Shown: piece after piece, positions 14,903 through 28,926 of the stretch
Layout: each line of letters starts with the position of its first letter
Numbering within the stretch: the stretch's first letter is position 1
Assembly: GCA_009914755.4 (NCBI GenBank)
Contig: CP068257.2
Coordinates: 29,152,001 to 29,216,000, forward strand
Length of the DNA: 64,000 nt
Reading direction: 5' to 3'
Origin: the human T2T-CHM13v2.0 reference genome, Homo sapiens
The notes under the pieces: generated by a model
The model's input: only the letters and a program-made list of their open reading frames with translations
The model's database searches: none
Told to the model about the DNA's origin: nothing
Program-made: the position numbers and the translations under genes

Positions 14903-16410
14903 TCAATGAATCTCAAAAGGTAATTCAAACATCACTCATTTTGGAATCATCTTGTACTATAGTAATTAAAAATGCAGATAAATAGGCTGCACCCCCCAGA
15001 CTACTGAACCAGAACCTATGGAGGGAGAACTCTGGAGTGTTTATTCTTTAAAAGCGTGGCTAGAATTCTTACACATGCTCAAATTTGAGAAACACAGAAT
15101 CCAGGTTATTATAAAATAAACTTCACATATTTTTACATATGTGCCAAATTGATAAGCTACTTTCAGAAGCTGCTAGATTCTCTATCCCCACACTTCTTCT
15201 CTTTCAATTACAGACTAATCATTCTAGAAGTTTATCCCTACTCCAGATTCTGGAAGAAGTTCTGCTCTTACCCTATTTGCAGAGACAGATTCAAGAAGGT
15301 TTGCAAACCCTATATAGGACAAACCCAGAGAAATCTATTTCAAAGCATTATATACTGTATCATTGTACTTATATCACCTTGTCAAAAAGACAAAAACTAT
15401 AGTGATCGAGAACAGATCAATCACTTTTCAGAGTTAGGGAAGAAAGTATTACTAAAATGGAATAGGACGACAGAGTTTGTTTGTTTTTTTTTCTGGCGGG
15501 GGATGGGGAGGGTGATGATAGAATTGTTCTACATTCTGATTGTTATGGTAGTTACACAGATATACTTAAAAACATATTAAACTATACAACTTCACTGTGT
15601 TGATTTTTTAATTTAAATCTTATTTTATACAGAATTTTCACAAAGATATAAAAATTCTTCATTTATTTAGATGTTCTAGATCATATTCTTGGATAAAGTT
15701 ACATTTTTCAGAGAGCTTTATATCTACATTACATTGTTTTACTACGCCCACAAATGTCTTGTAATAGATTTTGCTTTGATATTGCCCAATAGGCTGGCAT
15801 CGAAATAAATTATAAAAAATAGACATTAGAAACGTATTATTATGTTAATTCTGGCAGTGTTAAGATGATATTTAATGATGATGATAATGATGATAATTTC
15901 TAAAAAGAAGATTATTTCACAAGAACAGCTAATTGGATGAGAGGCTGTGAGAGCACAAAGTTAGGGAGATGGGGAATATAAGTGTTATTCTGGGGACTAC
16001 AGCGCTTCCAGGGTTTGACTACCTGAAGAAGTGAATTCCTCTGCCATTTGTCTTCCATATCTATTTTTAAGGTGTCAAGTTTGCTGATTCAGGAATAAGC
16101 CAAATGTGAAGTGTGAAGTGTGATTTGCCATAATGAAATTCACCTTTCTTGACCTTTTCTATTTAAAATAATTTAAAATGTATTTTTGTCTTCCTTCATG
16201 CAGCAAATTGAGAATACTCAAGAGAATACATTTTTCTCAGCTTTGTGTGTGAGGCAAATACCACCCTGGTATCACTGAGATTTCTTTTAACTCACAACTT
16301 TCTCCTTTTGTTATTAATGGTTTCACCACTAAAGTCATACAGAACACTCAAGAAATAAGCCACATAAACATAAAATACACCAAAACCAGAATATGATAGA
16401 CATAGAAGCC

Positions 16411-16741
<331 letters not shown>

Positions 16742-17873
16742 TAAATTTTTTGTTGTCTAAGTTTAAGGTGTACATGATGATGTTTTGATATACATGTAGA
16801 CAGTGAAATGATTACCACAGTCAAACCACTTAATATATCCATCATCTTACATAGTTACGTTTGTGTGTGTATATATTTGTATGTGGTAAAGCATCAAAAA
16901 TCTACTCTATTAGCAAATGTTCAGTGTATAATACAATCTTATGAACTATAGTTCACAGGTTGTACATTAGTTCTCTAGGATTATCTATCATACATAACTA
17001 GAAATTTGCATCTTTTGACCTATATCTCCCCATTTCTTTCCCTTCTATTCCCCTGGTAACCACTCTCTGTTTCTCCATGAGATCATGCAATATTTTTCTT
17101 CCTTTGTCTGGCTTATTTCACTTAGCATAAATGCCTTCCAGGTTCATTCAAGTTGTCATAAATGGCAGTGTGAGGAGGATTATAAATTTTAACATAGCTT
17201 CTGTGCATTGATTCTTCTATTTGGCATTATAAACATTGAACCAGAATAAAGACAACAGGAAACCAAAAAGTATTCTTCAAAAGCTAAAACTTTATTGAGT
17301 TGCATAACATGTTGGAGATCCAAGCAGTTAGGTCTAATTTTAACCCCCAGATTTCTTACTCAAGAGTATAATATGAATAAGAAGAATGAAAGAAGAGCAT
17401 CATGCAAATTCACCATGGCCTATTTACTTCTTCCTTACAACATCCATTTAGTGGATGGAATGCTTAGAATAGCAAACCATTAACTTCCTGCAAACTGCAG
17501 TAGGAAAATATATCCTTAAAGAATGAATCAAGAGGAAAGAAAAAAAGTGAAAATCACATTTATATGGCTGAGTTAAGCATATTTATTATAATATGGAAGT
17601 CGGTAAAATAAAATTCACCTAAAGTTAGGGGGAAATCAAATCCACTGGGGGAATGTAAAATACAGTACAGTATTCTATCGGGAAAAACTAAAACTTCTAT
17701 TAAAGTTCAGCCCACAAAGTTCATTATCAGTCTACTTTGCACAGTTCAATACAGAGAGAATCTAAAATTCACATTTTATCACCTGGAAGGCTGTCAATAA
17801 AACATCTCTTCAAGTTTGATTCCTTAGGACACTGATTATAATACAGTTCCCTTTGTCAGAACTTAATAGAGGT

Positions 17874-18135
17874 CTAGTGTCCAATATCTTCTGTCATCAA
17901 GTGGCCAGAAGCCGGCATAGCCATATCCAAAGTCCCCACCCCCTGGTGAACAGGTGCTAACACATCCACAGCCAACACCATCTCAGGGGAGAACCACAAC
18001 TGCCCTAGTAGGAGCCAGGGGAGATGTATCATTGAAGAGGCCAAAGGACTTCTTGTTAGTTGGGTGTTTAGTACAAAGACTACTAAGAATGACTTACTCC
18101 ATCTGCCCGAAGTCTTTCATACACCCCCAGTAAAG
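17874..18135 (-). pseudogene. KRTAP8-like pseudogene (52-codon remnant ORF, diverged)
   Basis: Minus-strand ATG at 18030-18032 and TAG at 17874-17876. The nucleotide sequence atgatacatctcccctggctcctactagggcag...gatggtgttggctgtggatgtgttagcacctgttcaccag...ggatatggctatgccggc parallels the KRTAP8-1 sequence atgctctgcgacaacttcccc...tgctactggggcag...agcgttggctgtggctatggcagcacctactctccag...ggctatggcttcggc. The upstream segment ggtgtatgaaagacttcgggcag resembles the KRTAP8-1 TATA region gggatatataaagaaggttctgag at the same distance. Confidence 0.5.
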
Positions 18136-18435
18136 GGTGTGGCATCCGCATTGCTCTTAAAATTGTTTGAGGTTGACTGACTGCCTAGTGTCCTTTTAAT
18201 GAGTTTAGTCCCTACAATGAGAAGCTACAGAAATGCTACCAAAGTCTTTGGTAAAAGCAGATTCCCAGTTTATCCATCAAAAATCAGGCTTCTAAACAAC
18301 TAGAAACATTCTTACTATATTGCCTAACATTGCTTGTGAGATTACAGACAATTTGGAGGCACACAAAAGGGATTATTAATACTATCTAAACTATGAGGTT
18401 AAATATATGCAGATTTTTCTCCTAAGAAATTTTGA

Positions 18436-18940
<505 letters not shown>

Positions 18941-19480
18941 CACTACACTACTTTCACTAACTTTTTAATTAATTTTCAGTTTCTTCAATGTTCCTCTTTT
19001 GTCATGGAATTATGAACCATGTTTAGGCTCTAACTTTATTAAATAACATTGATGTTAAGGTCTACCAGGTATGGGAAAATAAGTAATAAGAATAGTGGAG
19101 TGTTTCACAGAATCAGCCACATCAGATAAAATGTAAGTGTAGTTTCCTTCAGTAATCAACTCTCAAGAAACATGACTTTGTGGAGGAATCTCTTACTCTT
19201 CCAGTTTCCATCCTATATCTGACTAACTACAGTCCTATAACCAGAAAGAGAAAAGCACATCAGAAATATGCACATTAGCCTTTCAACAGAAACTTAAAGA
19301 ATCTGTGAACACATTCTACATCTTACTTATATTAAACATTAAGCCAACTAATTTTCACTACTTTAACTGTTCCCTAAGATATGATCAATATTATTGGGAA
19401 AAGGCCCAGTGAAATGACACAAATAGGAAAAAAAACTCCCAGCATCAAAGTCAAAATTTAATACAAAATACAAAAATTAA

Positions 19481-20632
19481 CTCAAGATGGATTAAAGACT
19501 TACATGTAAGACCTAACCCCATAAAAACCTTAGAAGAAAACCTAGGCAATACCACTCAGTACATAGGCATGGGCAAAGACTTCACGACTATAACACCAAA
19601 AGCAATGGCAACAAAAGCCAAAATTAACAAATGGGATCTAATTAAACTAAAGAGCTTCTGCACAGCAAAAGAAACTATCACCAGAGTGAACAGGCAACTT
19701 ATAGAATGGGAGAAAATCTTTGCAATCTACCCATCTGACAAAGGGCTAATATCCAGAATCTACAAAGAACTTAAAAAAAATTTACAAGAAAAAAAACAAC
19801 CCCATCAAAAAGTGGGAAAAGGATATGAACAGACACTTCTCAAAAGAAAACATTTATGCAGCCAACAGACACATGAAAAAATGCTCATCATCACTGGCCA
19901 TCAGAGAAATGCAAATCAAAACCACAATGAGATACCATCTCACACCAGTTAGAATGGCGATCATTAAAAAGTCAGGAATCAACAGGTGCTGGAGAGGATG
20001 TGGAGAATAGGAACACTTTTGCACTGTTGGTGGGACTGTAAACTAGTTCAACCATTGTGGAAAACAGTGTGGCGATTCCTCAAGGATCTAGAACTAGAAA
20101 TACCATTTGACCCAGCCATCCCATTACTGGGTATATACCCAAAGGATTATAAATCATGCTGCTATAAAGACACATGCACATGTATGTTTATTGCGGCACT
20201 ATTCAAAATAGCAAAGACTTGGAACCAACACAAATGTCCATCAATGATAGACGGGATTAAGAAAATGTGGCACATATACACCATGGAATACTATGCAGCC
20301 ATTAAAAAAGGATGAATTCATGTCCTTTGTAGGGACATGGAGGAAGCTGGAAACCATCATTCTGAGCAAACTATTGCAAGGACAGAAAACCAAACACTGC
20401 ATGTTCTCACTCATAGGTGGGAATTGAACAATGAGAACACTTGGACACAGGGAGGGGAACATCACACACCAGGACCTGTCAGGGAGTGGGGGGCAGGGGG
20501 ATGGATAGCATTAGGAGATATACCTAATATAAATGATGAGTTAATAGGTGCAGCAAACCAACATGGCGCATGTATACTTATGTGACAAACCTACAGGTTG
20601 TACACATATACCCTAGAACTTAATGTACAATG
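19481..20632 (+). mobile_element. L1 (L1PA/L1PB-like) ORF2 C-terminus plus 3-prime UTR, 5-prime truncated
   Basis: The track ORFs at 19569..19952 and 19986..20315 translate to L1 ORF2 C-terminal motifs ([97 protein letters not shown]). It ends with catgtatacttatgtgacaaacctacaggttgtacacatataccctagaacttaatgtacaatgaa, then (CA)n. Confidence 0.9.
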
Positions 20633-20633
20633 A

Positions 20634-20991
<358 letters not shown>

Positions 20992-22574
20992 ACCCAATAC
21001 TTTAAAATACCCAATTGTTCAGAAAAGTATAGCAGAAGATAACATGGAGCTTGTTGTATATTTTGGAAGAGTTAATGAAAAGACTATATTCAGATTTTCA
21101 TTTAACCCTGTATTGATTATTTATCATACTTAAATTCACTGTAGTACAGGGATTTGAATCATAAAAAGAATCTTATTGTATCTAACATTAGGCTGTATCT
21201 AACACTAGGTAGAAGAGCAAAGTGTTGACCTTAAAAGTGAAAAATTTACTAATGTGGTTTTTTTTTATTTTCTTCAATGAAGTGTATAAGACGTTCAAGA
21301 ATATAACCCAACCTTGCATAGACTTGCTTACATTTCTGGTTTTATCACTTATTAGAGTGTAATTTGGTTACTAGGTAATACAATGGAAGGACCACAGTAG
21401 TAAAATCAGATTTGAACTGTGGTCTGAAATCTACATATTGTTTGTCTAACTTTTGATACTAACACCACATTCTGTGCCTCAACTGCAAAGTTGTACAGAA
21501 GATGTAACCACCCCATCTAATTCCTGAGATTTTCTGAAGCTCTAATAAGAAACAGTGAAATCATAAAATACAATATAAATGCATGTTAAAATCATTGTTT
21601 TCTTTCATCCATCCCAAATCTAACTCATAAAAGTGGTTCATGAAACTATTCCATATTTGTTTGATGGATCAATATGTTTAATAGTCTAAGCAGTGTTTTA
21701 CAGGTATATCACATACCGAATCTCCTAGAAGGAGATTTATGTGTTCGCAAAACACATATCGCTGACTTCACAGGTCTCGATGGGTGAGGAGGAAAGAAGG
21801 CAGCTTGAAAATTTGCTTTCTGAAAATGTTCCCGGTTAATGCTGATCTCAATGCTGATTCAGGCACCACACATTGGAAAACATGGTTCTAGAGATGAGAT
21901 AAAATTAAAGAGAATAGCAAGATATAAAAATATATGTGCATAGTCACATATGTTTTTGTGAATATTCAATTAACTTTTTAATTGAATTTCAAATTAAACA
22001 CGTATGCAATTATACTTCAGTATATACAGTCATTCTGTACTTATTATTTAAGATCCAAGGTAGATTGGTTTGATTTTATTATTGGGCTTTGGATACTAAT
22101 ATATAAATTAAACTTACCTGGACATCATCAATTTCTCCTTTCAGATAACCCAAGGTTAACATCTTTTGGTAATATTTTAAAGTCAGTATTCATTTTACTA
22201 AATTTAAAATATTATTTTTATTATAAAATATAAGTGAAAATACGACCACTGTAAACATATTTACACAAGAAAACATATTCAAACCACATGTCCCATCCTA
22301 TGTTAATTCAGGTAAGTTTTTTTTTTTTAAACAGAAGCATTCTCATATTTCAAAAAAACATCACAAGCCTAAATGAGGAACTCCTGGAAAAGTTCAGACA
22401 CAGGCTGAAGTAACACATCTTGAAGTGAACCTGATCCACTGTAAGCAGAGGCTGGATTTGCTCAAGGAGCACCTTGGAACTCAAAGAAAAGTAGAATCAG
22501 ACTGAAAAAAAAAAAATGCCCCAGAAGTGATAAAGTATTCGATAAGCAGATTAATCAATAAACTCCTGTTGCCG

Positions 22575-22831
22575 GTCTCTTTTATAGCCAAGTAGCTGGT
22601 GTCCTCTGCAGCTATAACAGGCGGAGGACGGCAGGTAAAAAGGTGCTGCCATCGCCACAGGCATCACTGTGGCCCAGGGAATACCCATAACTTCCCAGCA
22701 GCCATTTTGGTAGAAGTTCTTAGGGAAGAAGTTCTATCACATTGTCCAAGGAATAAAGGTTTGATCAGGCAGCAAACTCAATAGTTATAGCACATAATAG
22801 GATCCTTTTACCTTCGTGACTCATATAACCT
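22575..22831 (-). pseudogene. KRTAP8-like pseudogene (ATG immediately followed by TGA)
   Basis: In the KRTAP8 frame the minus-strand codons read WLLGSYGYSLGHSDACGDGSTFLPAV against CYWGSYGYPLGYSVGCGYGSTYSPVG of KRTAP8-1. The initiator region gacaATGtgatagaacttcttccc aligns to gacaccATGctctgcgacaacttcccc, with the ATG at 22740-22742 followed by TGA. A TATA-like ttatatgag lies at about 22822-22830, about 82 nt upstream of the ATG, the same spacing as KRTAP8-1. Confidence 0.5.
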
Positions 22832-24099
22832 CACCAGAGGCTGTGATGAAGAAATGCACCTCTTTCCTTTTTTAGATCAAGGGAATTAGTATTCTCATTA
22901 ATTTCCTAGATCTCCTTGAAAAAAAAAAAAAAAGAGATCCTCATTATTCTTGAAAGAAGTTTGAGCTGAATTAACTGCCAAAGCTGAAGAAGGATTCTTC
23001 TTTGTGGGTTTTTTTTTTTCCTGTAATGAGAAGTTACTGCAGTGTCTTCAAAGTCTTTGGTTAAAATAGACTCCAAGTTGAATCCTCCAATTATTAGATG
23101 TCTCAAGAACAAAAAATAATGCCAATTGCAATAGCAAACTGTGCTTTTGGTCTGCAGGAATTTACTAAACGTCCTCATGCTTCATAAAGCCCCATACCAG
23201 GATTTGAAGTAGAGATATTAAAGAGTTTGTAGACCTAACAAACCTTTCATATTAGAAACAAAGGCAAAGCAGAAAAGCCTACAGTCAACGTAAGTCTATG
23301 CAGCTAAACGCCGTAGTTAGAAAAGCTTTAGTGGATGCAGTGAGGCAGGAATAATAGTAGTCGTTTGCGTATATATAAAATGTCACAGATGAATTATACT
23401 TTAAGTTCTGATGTTAGGACCAGTGAGAGTGTGGCATAGTACTTATAAGCTACAAAAGCAAAATTTGACAGCTGACGAGGAAGCACTAAGATCTGGGACG
23501 AGCCCTATAGCGTGCCTCTTTTCTACTTCTTTTTTCACTGGCTTTCTATCTCTGGGCTGTGCAACTTTGAAGAGCTTACTCATCCCATCATTCTAAGGCA
23601 AGGCATAAAGTCATTTTTGACATTTATGAAAAAAATGTACTTACAAATACTCTCTATTTGATATCTCTAAAATCTAAGGGACACAGTGAAATGAATGTCA
23701 CTAAGAGAGCTGGGGAAAACAAAATTTCCGCATGATGTTATTGCTTCAGACTCTCAGTGGATCCTGACCTAATGGCATCTATAGCCTATCCTGACATCTT
23801 GGGAAGTCATTTCTGGACTCATAGTCTACACATTCATGGGCTCTCTCTTGGATATCACAAAAAATCCCAGGCAAATAGTGCTGTGTTCATGGTTTAAACA
23901 AATGATTTCCATGGCTCTCATTGCCAAGATTAAAGATCTTAATTTGAAAAACATAGCAGCCTCTTTGTTTCATTCATGATAGTTTTATTGAGGAGATAGT
24001 ATGAGTTCAATGTTGTGCCTTATTTTGGGAACACGACAAAGCAGGTCCCTTTATGGAGTGTGTGTTTTCAGTTCTATAGGATGCCACTGGAGTGGATTC

Positions 24100-24330
24100 T
24101 GGTTAGCAGAGAGGCAGGTGGCAAGGCTTCAGCATCCAACACACCCAGATTAGAAACCCCATTCTGCCATATTCTAGCTTTGAGACTATGAACACGTCAT
24201 TTGAAATTTCTGAATTCCAGTTTCCTCAAGTGTAAAATGGGGATAATAGAACCTGGAATAAAACCAACCTCATGGGGTTGTAAAGAGTAATGATGACCCA
24301 CTGCAGGCCCAGAAATAATATTGGTTATTT
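24100..24330. mobile_element. MIR (mammalian-wide interspersed repeat) fragment
   Basis: cagtttcctcaagtgtaaaatggggataatagaacctggaataaaaccaacctcatggggttgtaaagagtaatgatgacccactgcagg matches the MIR core ctcagtttcctcatctgtaaaatggggataataatacctacctcatagggttgttgtgagg. Confidence 0.6.
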
Positions 24331-27300
24331 TTGCCTTTTCCCTAATTATGTTTGCCTTTGAAATGACTGAAAAATTATACTGGACTACACTTGAAATGAT
24401 GGCCTAAAATCTTAAATAAACCAAATTGAGAAGATAATCTGCATCATAAGAAATTAATAAGATAAAAATATGTGCTTACCAAGCATTTAGCTCAAAATTA
24501 ATTATGCTGTTCTAAAGATGTATACAAAGAGGAGTGAGTTGGTTGGCTGGTTGGTTTTTAAGTATGATTTTCTTGCACATGTGCCATCAGAAATCTGTGG
24601 GTTGAACCTGTGCACTGGGCAAAAGCTATACACTTTGGATGGCTCTGAGAAAGGCCACCATTCGTCTTAAGGAAAATTATGGGAAACCAAAAATCACCCA
24701 TATGCGTATGAAGCATTTTTAGTTTCTGCTTTGCCTACTGTGTCTAAAGTTATTGACAAAAGAGCAAGAAAAGGCTTTTCTGCATGAGAAAAGACCTACA
24801 CTTTGGGTAAAATTTACTAAATACCAGCATCATGTATTTATTCTTCAGTGTTTTATGTTTGCGTCCTTTTCTATCTTTACTGAGAAGAGCTCTGATTTAT
24901 AAGGCATTTGATAATCTTCCTGAGGTATCCACTGTGGTTGAAAGCTTTTGGGGGGGCTCTGGAAAGAAGGGCCAGTATGAATATTTGGGAAAGGTTGACT
25001 TCTTTTGTCAACTGACTTCCTACGACTATGAGATTACCCTGTGCTAGGAAGGCTCCTCTTTTGTTCTGACTTCTCGGTGAGAAACTGCTCTCAAATCCGC
25101 TTGGGAACTGATCCTACTATAACAAGATCTAAGGGAAGAGAATATAATCTTGAAGAAAGATACAGAAGCAGAAGGGAAGACAGTGCAGGAAAAGAAAAAA
25201 CAGGAGGAAGGGCAAATTATTTGGTCATTTCTTATATGCAAGAATAATGTGAATATAGTACAGGACTCCCTGCTTTTATCAGATTCACTACATCTCTGCT
25301 ATCTTCACATTTTTGGATGTCATAATGTTATGGTCAACACCTTTGTTGGATAGTGTCATCAGATACACTGGTCACATGAAGGATGCCACGTGGAGAATGT
25401 TTCTCTGCCAACCTTGCAACAGAGGGCAGATGTCAGATCCCTTCAAAACCGCCTTTAGAGAGTACATGAGGAATGTTAAATAGGGTATCACATAACATGT
25501 TATCTATCCTACTTAGCCATGAAAAATTCTGTAGGACTCTAAACCTCCCCTGTGAATCAAATGGGCAAATACAAATTAACATATATATATATTCAGTTAC
25601 CACTGGTGAATTATTACTTCAGAGTAGTCAAGGGACTGGGAAGCCTAATGATAAGGAAAGGAGGTTTAATTCGACTTACTGGGGGTCTCTCTAGAAGATT
25701 CTTCTATACATAAGATGCCCTTAATATTCAAATCAAGTTCTCAGTTATATACACTGTATTAAGCAGGGAGATGTTAAAGATATGCAGCCTGGTTTTCAAT
25801 GAGAAGAAACAAGCAATTAATGGTGAAATAGAAAATCAAAACAATACTTCCTGTGTGACTTTGTGAGATAAATCTAAGTCATAAAATGCACAGACATCAA
25901 GCTTCCAGCTCACAAATGGCTATGAATTAAAGAATGGCACTGCACGATGGTAGCAAACAGATGTTTAACATCTTTTTCGTGTTTATTGAGGAAAGTGGTC
26001 TGATAATCTTGTCATACATATTGAGTTTCTACTATGTACAGAGCACTAAACTGGGCTCAGATCAATACCAAAGTTGATAAAGCAATTAGAAACAAATACC
26101 TAACTACACTCTATACAGACTACCATTAAGCCTAAATGTAGCAGTAAGTGTTCATTCCAGGCTTTTCTTAAATTGACCTGTAACATATTACTTACTGTTT
26201 TCATTTTTTATGAATTCTATATAAATATGGAGGAATTATCTTGGTTTTTAAATTCAAAATAAAAGGAGAGAACTAAAAAAGACAGAAAAGAACAGCCATG
26301 AAACCAGACCCTGTAATTGTTTTAAATTGATGGCATAAAACCAAATTACTTACAGGGATTTTTTTAAATACAAATCCCCAGACCCCATAGATCTTCCCAT
26401 CAGAATGTGCATGGGTGGGATCTTGGTATACGCATTTAAAAAGACTGAATTTCAGTTTTTAAAAATAATCATTAAATAATATTAAGTAATGTAGGCACAC
26501 TAGGAATTTGTACACTTCTATGCAATAGGAGAAAGTGAATTTATAAAATCCTTACATAACATACTTTTTCCTTTTAGCAGGTCATGGCATCTGAGCCTTC
26601 AGCACCAGACTACTGGATATCTACCTAATAGATCCTTTCTCTGTCTAAAAATAGTAGACATTGTTACAGCCAACGCAATCTTCAGTTTGGAACTTTCTAG
26701 CAACCACACATTAACTCAAGTTGAAAAGTGCTAAACACAGATGTTGTACCTCCTGTACTCCTTTGGGGATGTAAAGTATCTTCTCTCCTCTGTCCTTGTC
26801 TTGTTGAGATGTGCTAGACACTTTTTGAGTAAAAGACTTTCCTTTATCAAGACTCAGTGTCATAAATAAATGGTGTGGGTGGGTGGGTAGTGTACATCTG
26901 TAATGACCTGAAACAGTGCTTCTTAGAGTGTGGGTCTCAGACCACCTGTACTAGAAGTCATCAGGAGCATCTTAAAAGTTTAGATTTCTAGACCTGACCC
27001 CAGATGTACTGAGTCAGAATCCCTAGGGGCAAGGCATAAGAATCTAAATTTTTAAGTCAGCTACTCAGGTAATTCTCCTGCATACTGAAATTTCCAAAAC
27101 ACTAGAGGAGTTGCTCTCTGAGGTCCCTTCAAGCCCAGATTTTTATATAAGTCAGTCATCTTTACAGAACAGACTGATAACCTTCTAGTTTCGATCTGAT
27201 GCTCTAATTTCTGAAAAATCCCACTTTTCTTTTTCTGTTCTATTTTAACCTGCATGTTTAATTAATTCACAATTCTCAGCATGAATTAACATATGGCTAC

Positions 27301-28333
27301 TAGAAAGTTGCAAACTGGAGATTTTGTTGGCTGTAACCTTGTCTACTATCGCTAAAAAGGAAAACAATCAATTATTGCCCGATTTTTTAAAAAAGATATA
27401 CATTAGATAAAGTATGGTGGAGAAAATACTCTCTTCTGAAATGACCTCGCCAAATAGTCTTTATGTTTTTAACTACGAAGTGAACCATATGCAATATAAT
27501 CACTTGCACATATTCAATAAAAAAGCAGGGTTAAGCCAAATTTTGTTACCACCAAGAATATTTGTACTATACGTAAGATGTTTTCAATAGAAGGATTGAG
27601 ACTTTTTTTATCTGGCTTATAAAAGGAAATTGCTCCCTTCCCTAAAGGAACACAGAGAAAAGCTGATACATCTTCAGAAATATTCATTACAGCTCATATC
27701 TTTTAAGTGAAACTCGCTATCTGGTGTTGATTCTATAAAGATTAAGAAACTTGTCATGGTTGTGAATAACCCAGGTGCTTCTAAGCTACAAAATAGACAC
27801 CTTAGATGGTTTGATATAGGGGATTTATCCCTTCACCTTAAAAACTCTCAGATTTCCAAAGGATGTCTGTGGCTTCTCTATTACTCAATGCTCCAGCATC
27901 CTTCATTAGGGGGCATGGCACTTTAGTCTATAATCCTTAGTCCCTGGGAAAGGGAACACAGTGGATTTCATTTGGACTAACATGGAAGTGACTGAAAAAG
28001 TTCCTCCTGTGTTGGGTTTTCTTGCGGAGGAGCAGAAGTAGTGAGATGAGAAGGGGACCCCGAGCAATAAATGGTGCTCCATTGGGTTGGAGGTGGGCAT
28101 CATAAAATTTAAAGAAGGTTCAAACAGGCAACCTTTTAAGTCATTACCTGCAACCCACCCTCTTACCTGCTTATCACACAGGATCAGTAATTCTTTGCTT
28201 TCTCGCTGTTCCTAATGCCCACATGAGAAAAATAAATTCACTTCCCCCCCACCCCCCATGTAACAGAAAATATGCACACACCAAGAAAGGAAACTTCGCT
28301 CTAGCATGAGAATATTATACCAGCTGAGACAAA

Positions 28334-28339
28334 TTTATT
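28334..28339 (-). terminator. KRTAP8-1: candidate polyadenylation signal AATAAA for KRTAP8-1
   Basis: Plus-strand tttatt about 310 nt downstream of the stop on the minus strand. The implied mRNA of about 0.55-0.6 kb is consistent with small KAP transcripts. Not verified against cDNA. Confidence 0.35.
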
Positions 28340-28649
28340 GAGATTTTGATAGACATATCCATGACTTCATCACAAGTCATGAGTGTCATGAAAAATTCAA
28401 AAGTAGCGCATGACAAGTGGGAGGTCAAATTTCCGAAAATGTCCCAGAGAACATCAGCCAGGGGAGGCAGCTTGAGGAAGCGTCTGCTTTTTCATTTTCC
28501 TCCCCTGGGACTCGAGGTAAGTTGGAAAGCAGTGTCTCTGAGGTTGATGAGCAAATGAGGACTGAAGGAGTGGATACGGGGGGAACCTGGAGATGTGGGG
28601 CTCAGCCTTCAAGGGAGAGAAGATGCTACACCTCGGGGATTTCAGCCAA

Positions 28650-28841
28650 TCAGTAGAGAGCAAATGGCGAGTATCTCCTGTAGCCGAAAGCCCCACAGCC
28701 GTTGTAGCCATAGCCGAAGCCATAGCCCACTGGAGAGTAGGTGCTGCCATAGCCACAGCCAACGCTATATCCCAGCGGGTAGCCATAGCTGCCCCAGTAG
28801 CATCCTGGGAAGACAGCCCCGGGGAAGTTGTCGCAGAGCAT
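28650..28841 (-). CDS. KRTAP8-1: keratin-associated protein 8-1 (high glycine-tyrosine KAP), intronless, 63 aa
   Basis: Minus-strand ORF. ATG at 28839-28841 (plus-strand cat), TGA at 28650-28652 (plus tca). Translation is MLCDNFPGAVFPGCYWGSYGYPLGYSVGCGYGSTYSPVGYGFGYGYNGCGAFGYRRYSPFALY, which matches my recollection of human KRTAP8-1 in full. The 10 extra N-terminal residues in the ORF track (MLPKPSTPDT) begin at a TTG codon (plus caa at 28869-28871), not an ATG. TATA box about 80 nt upstream. Confidence 0.92.
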   Translation of the reverse strand: MLCDNFPGAVFPGCYWGSYGYPLGYSVGCGYGSTYSPVGYGFGYGYNGCGAFGYRRYSPFALY

Positions 28842-28917
28842 GGTGTCGGGAGTGGAGGGCTTAGGTAGCAACAGAGTGCGTTTCCTCAGTGGGATGGATT
28901 CCTAGTCTCAGAACCTT

Positions 28918-28926
28918 CTTTATATA
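28918..28926 (-). promoter_or_regulatory. KRTAP8-1: TATA box (TATATAAAG on minus strand) of KRTAP8-1
   Basis: Plus-strand ctttatata; the reverse complement is TATATAAAG. It lies about 77 nt upstream of the ATG. The predicted TSS is near 28893, giving a 5-prime UTR of about 50 nt. Confidence 0.7.

Noticed and set aside
15149-15580. 143-aa plus-strand ORF in AT-rich sequence
   Set aside because: It has no start context, is low complexity and isoleucine/leucine/phenylalanine-rich as expected from AT-rich DNA, and overlaps a second ORF in another frame. No recognisable domain. It was treated as chance.
28593-28868. Overlapping 89- and 91-aa plus-strand ORFs (RSHSPLESRCCHSHSQRY..., VAIAEAIAHWRV...)
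   Set aside because: These are the antisense frames of KRTAP8-1; the same compositional artefact as above.
28842-28871. 10-residue N-terminal extension of KRTAP8-1 shown in the ORF track (MLPKPSTPDT)
   Set aside because: The codon at 28869-28871 is TTG on the minus strand, not ATG. The annotated 63-aa protein starts at the first ATG (28841). The extension lies in the 5-prime UTR.
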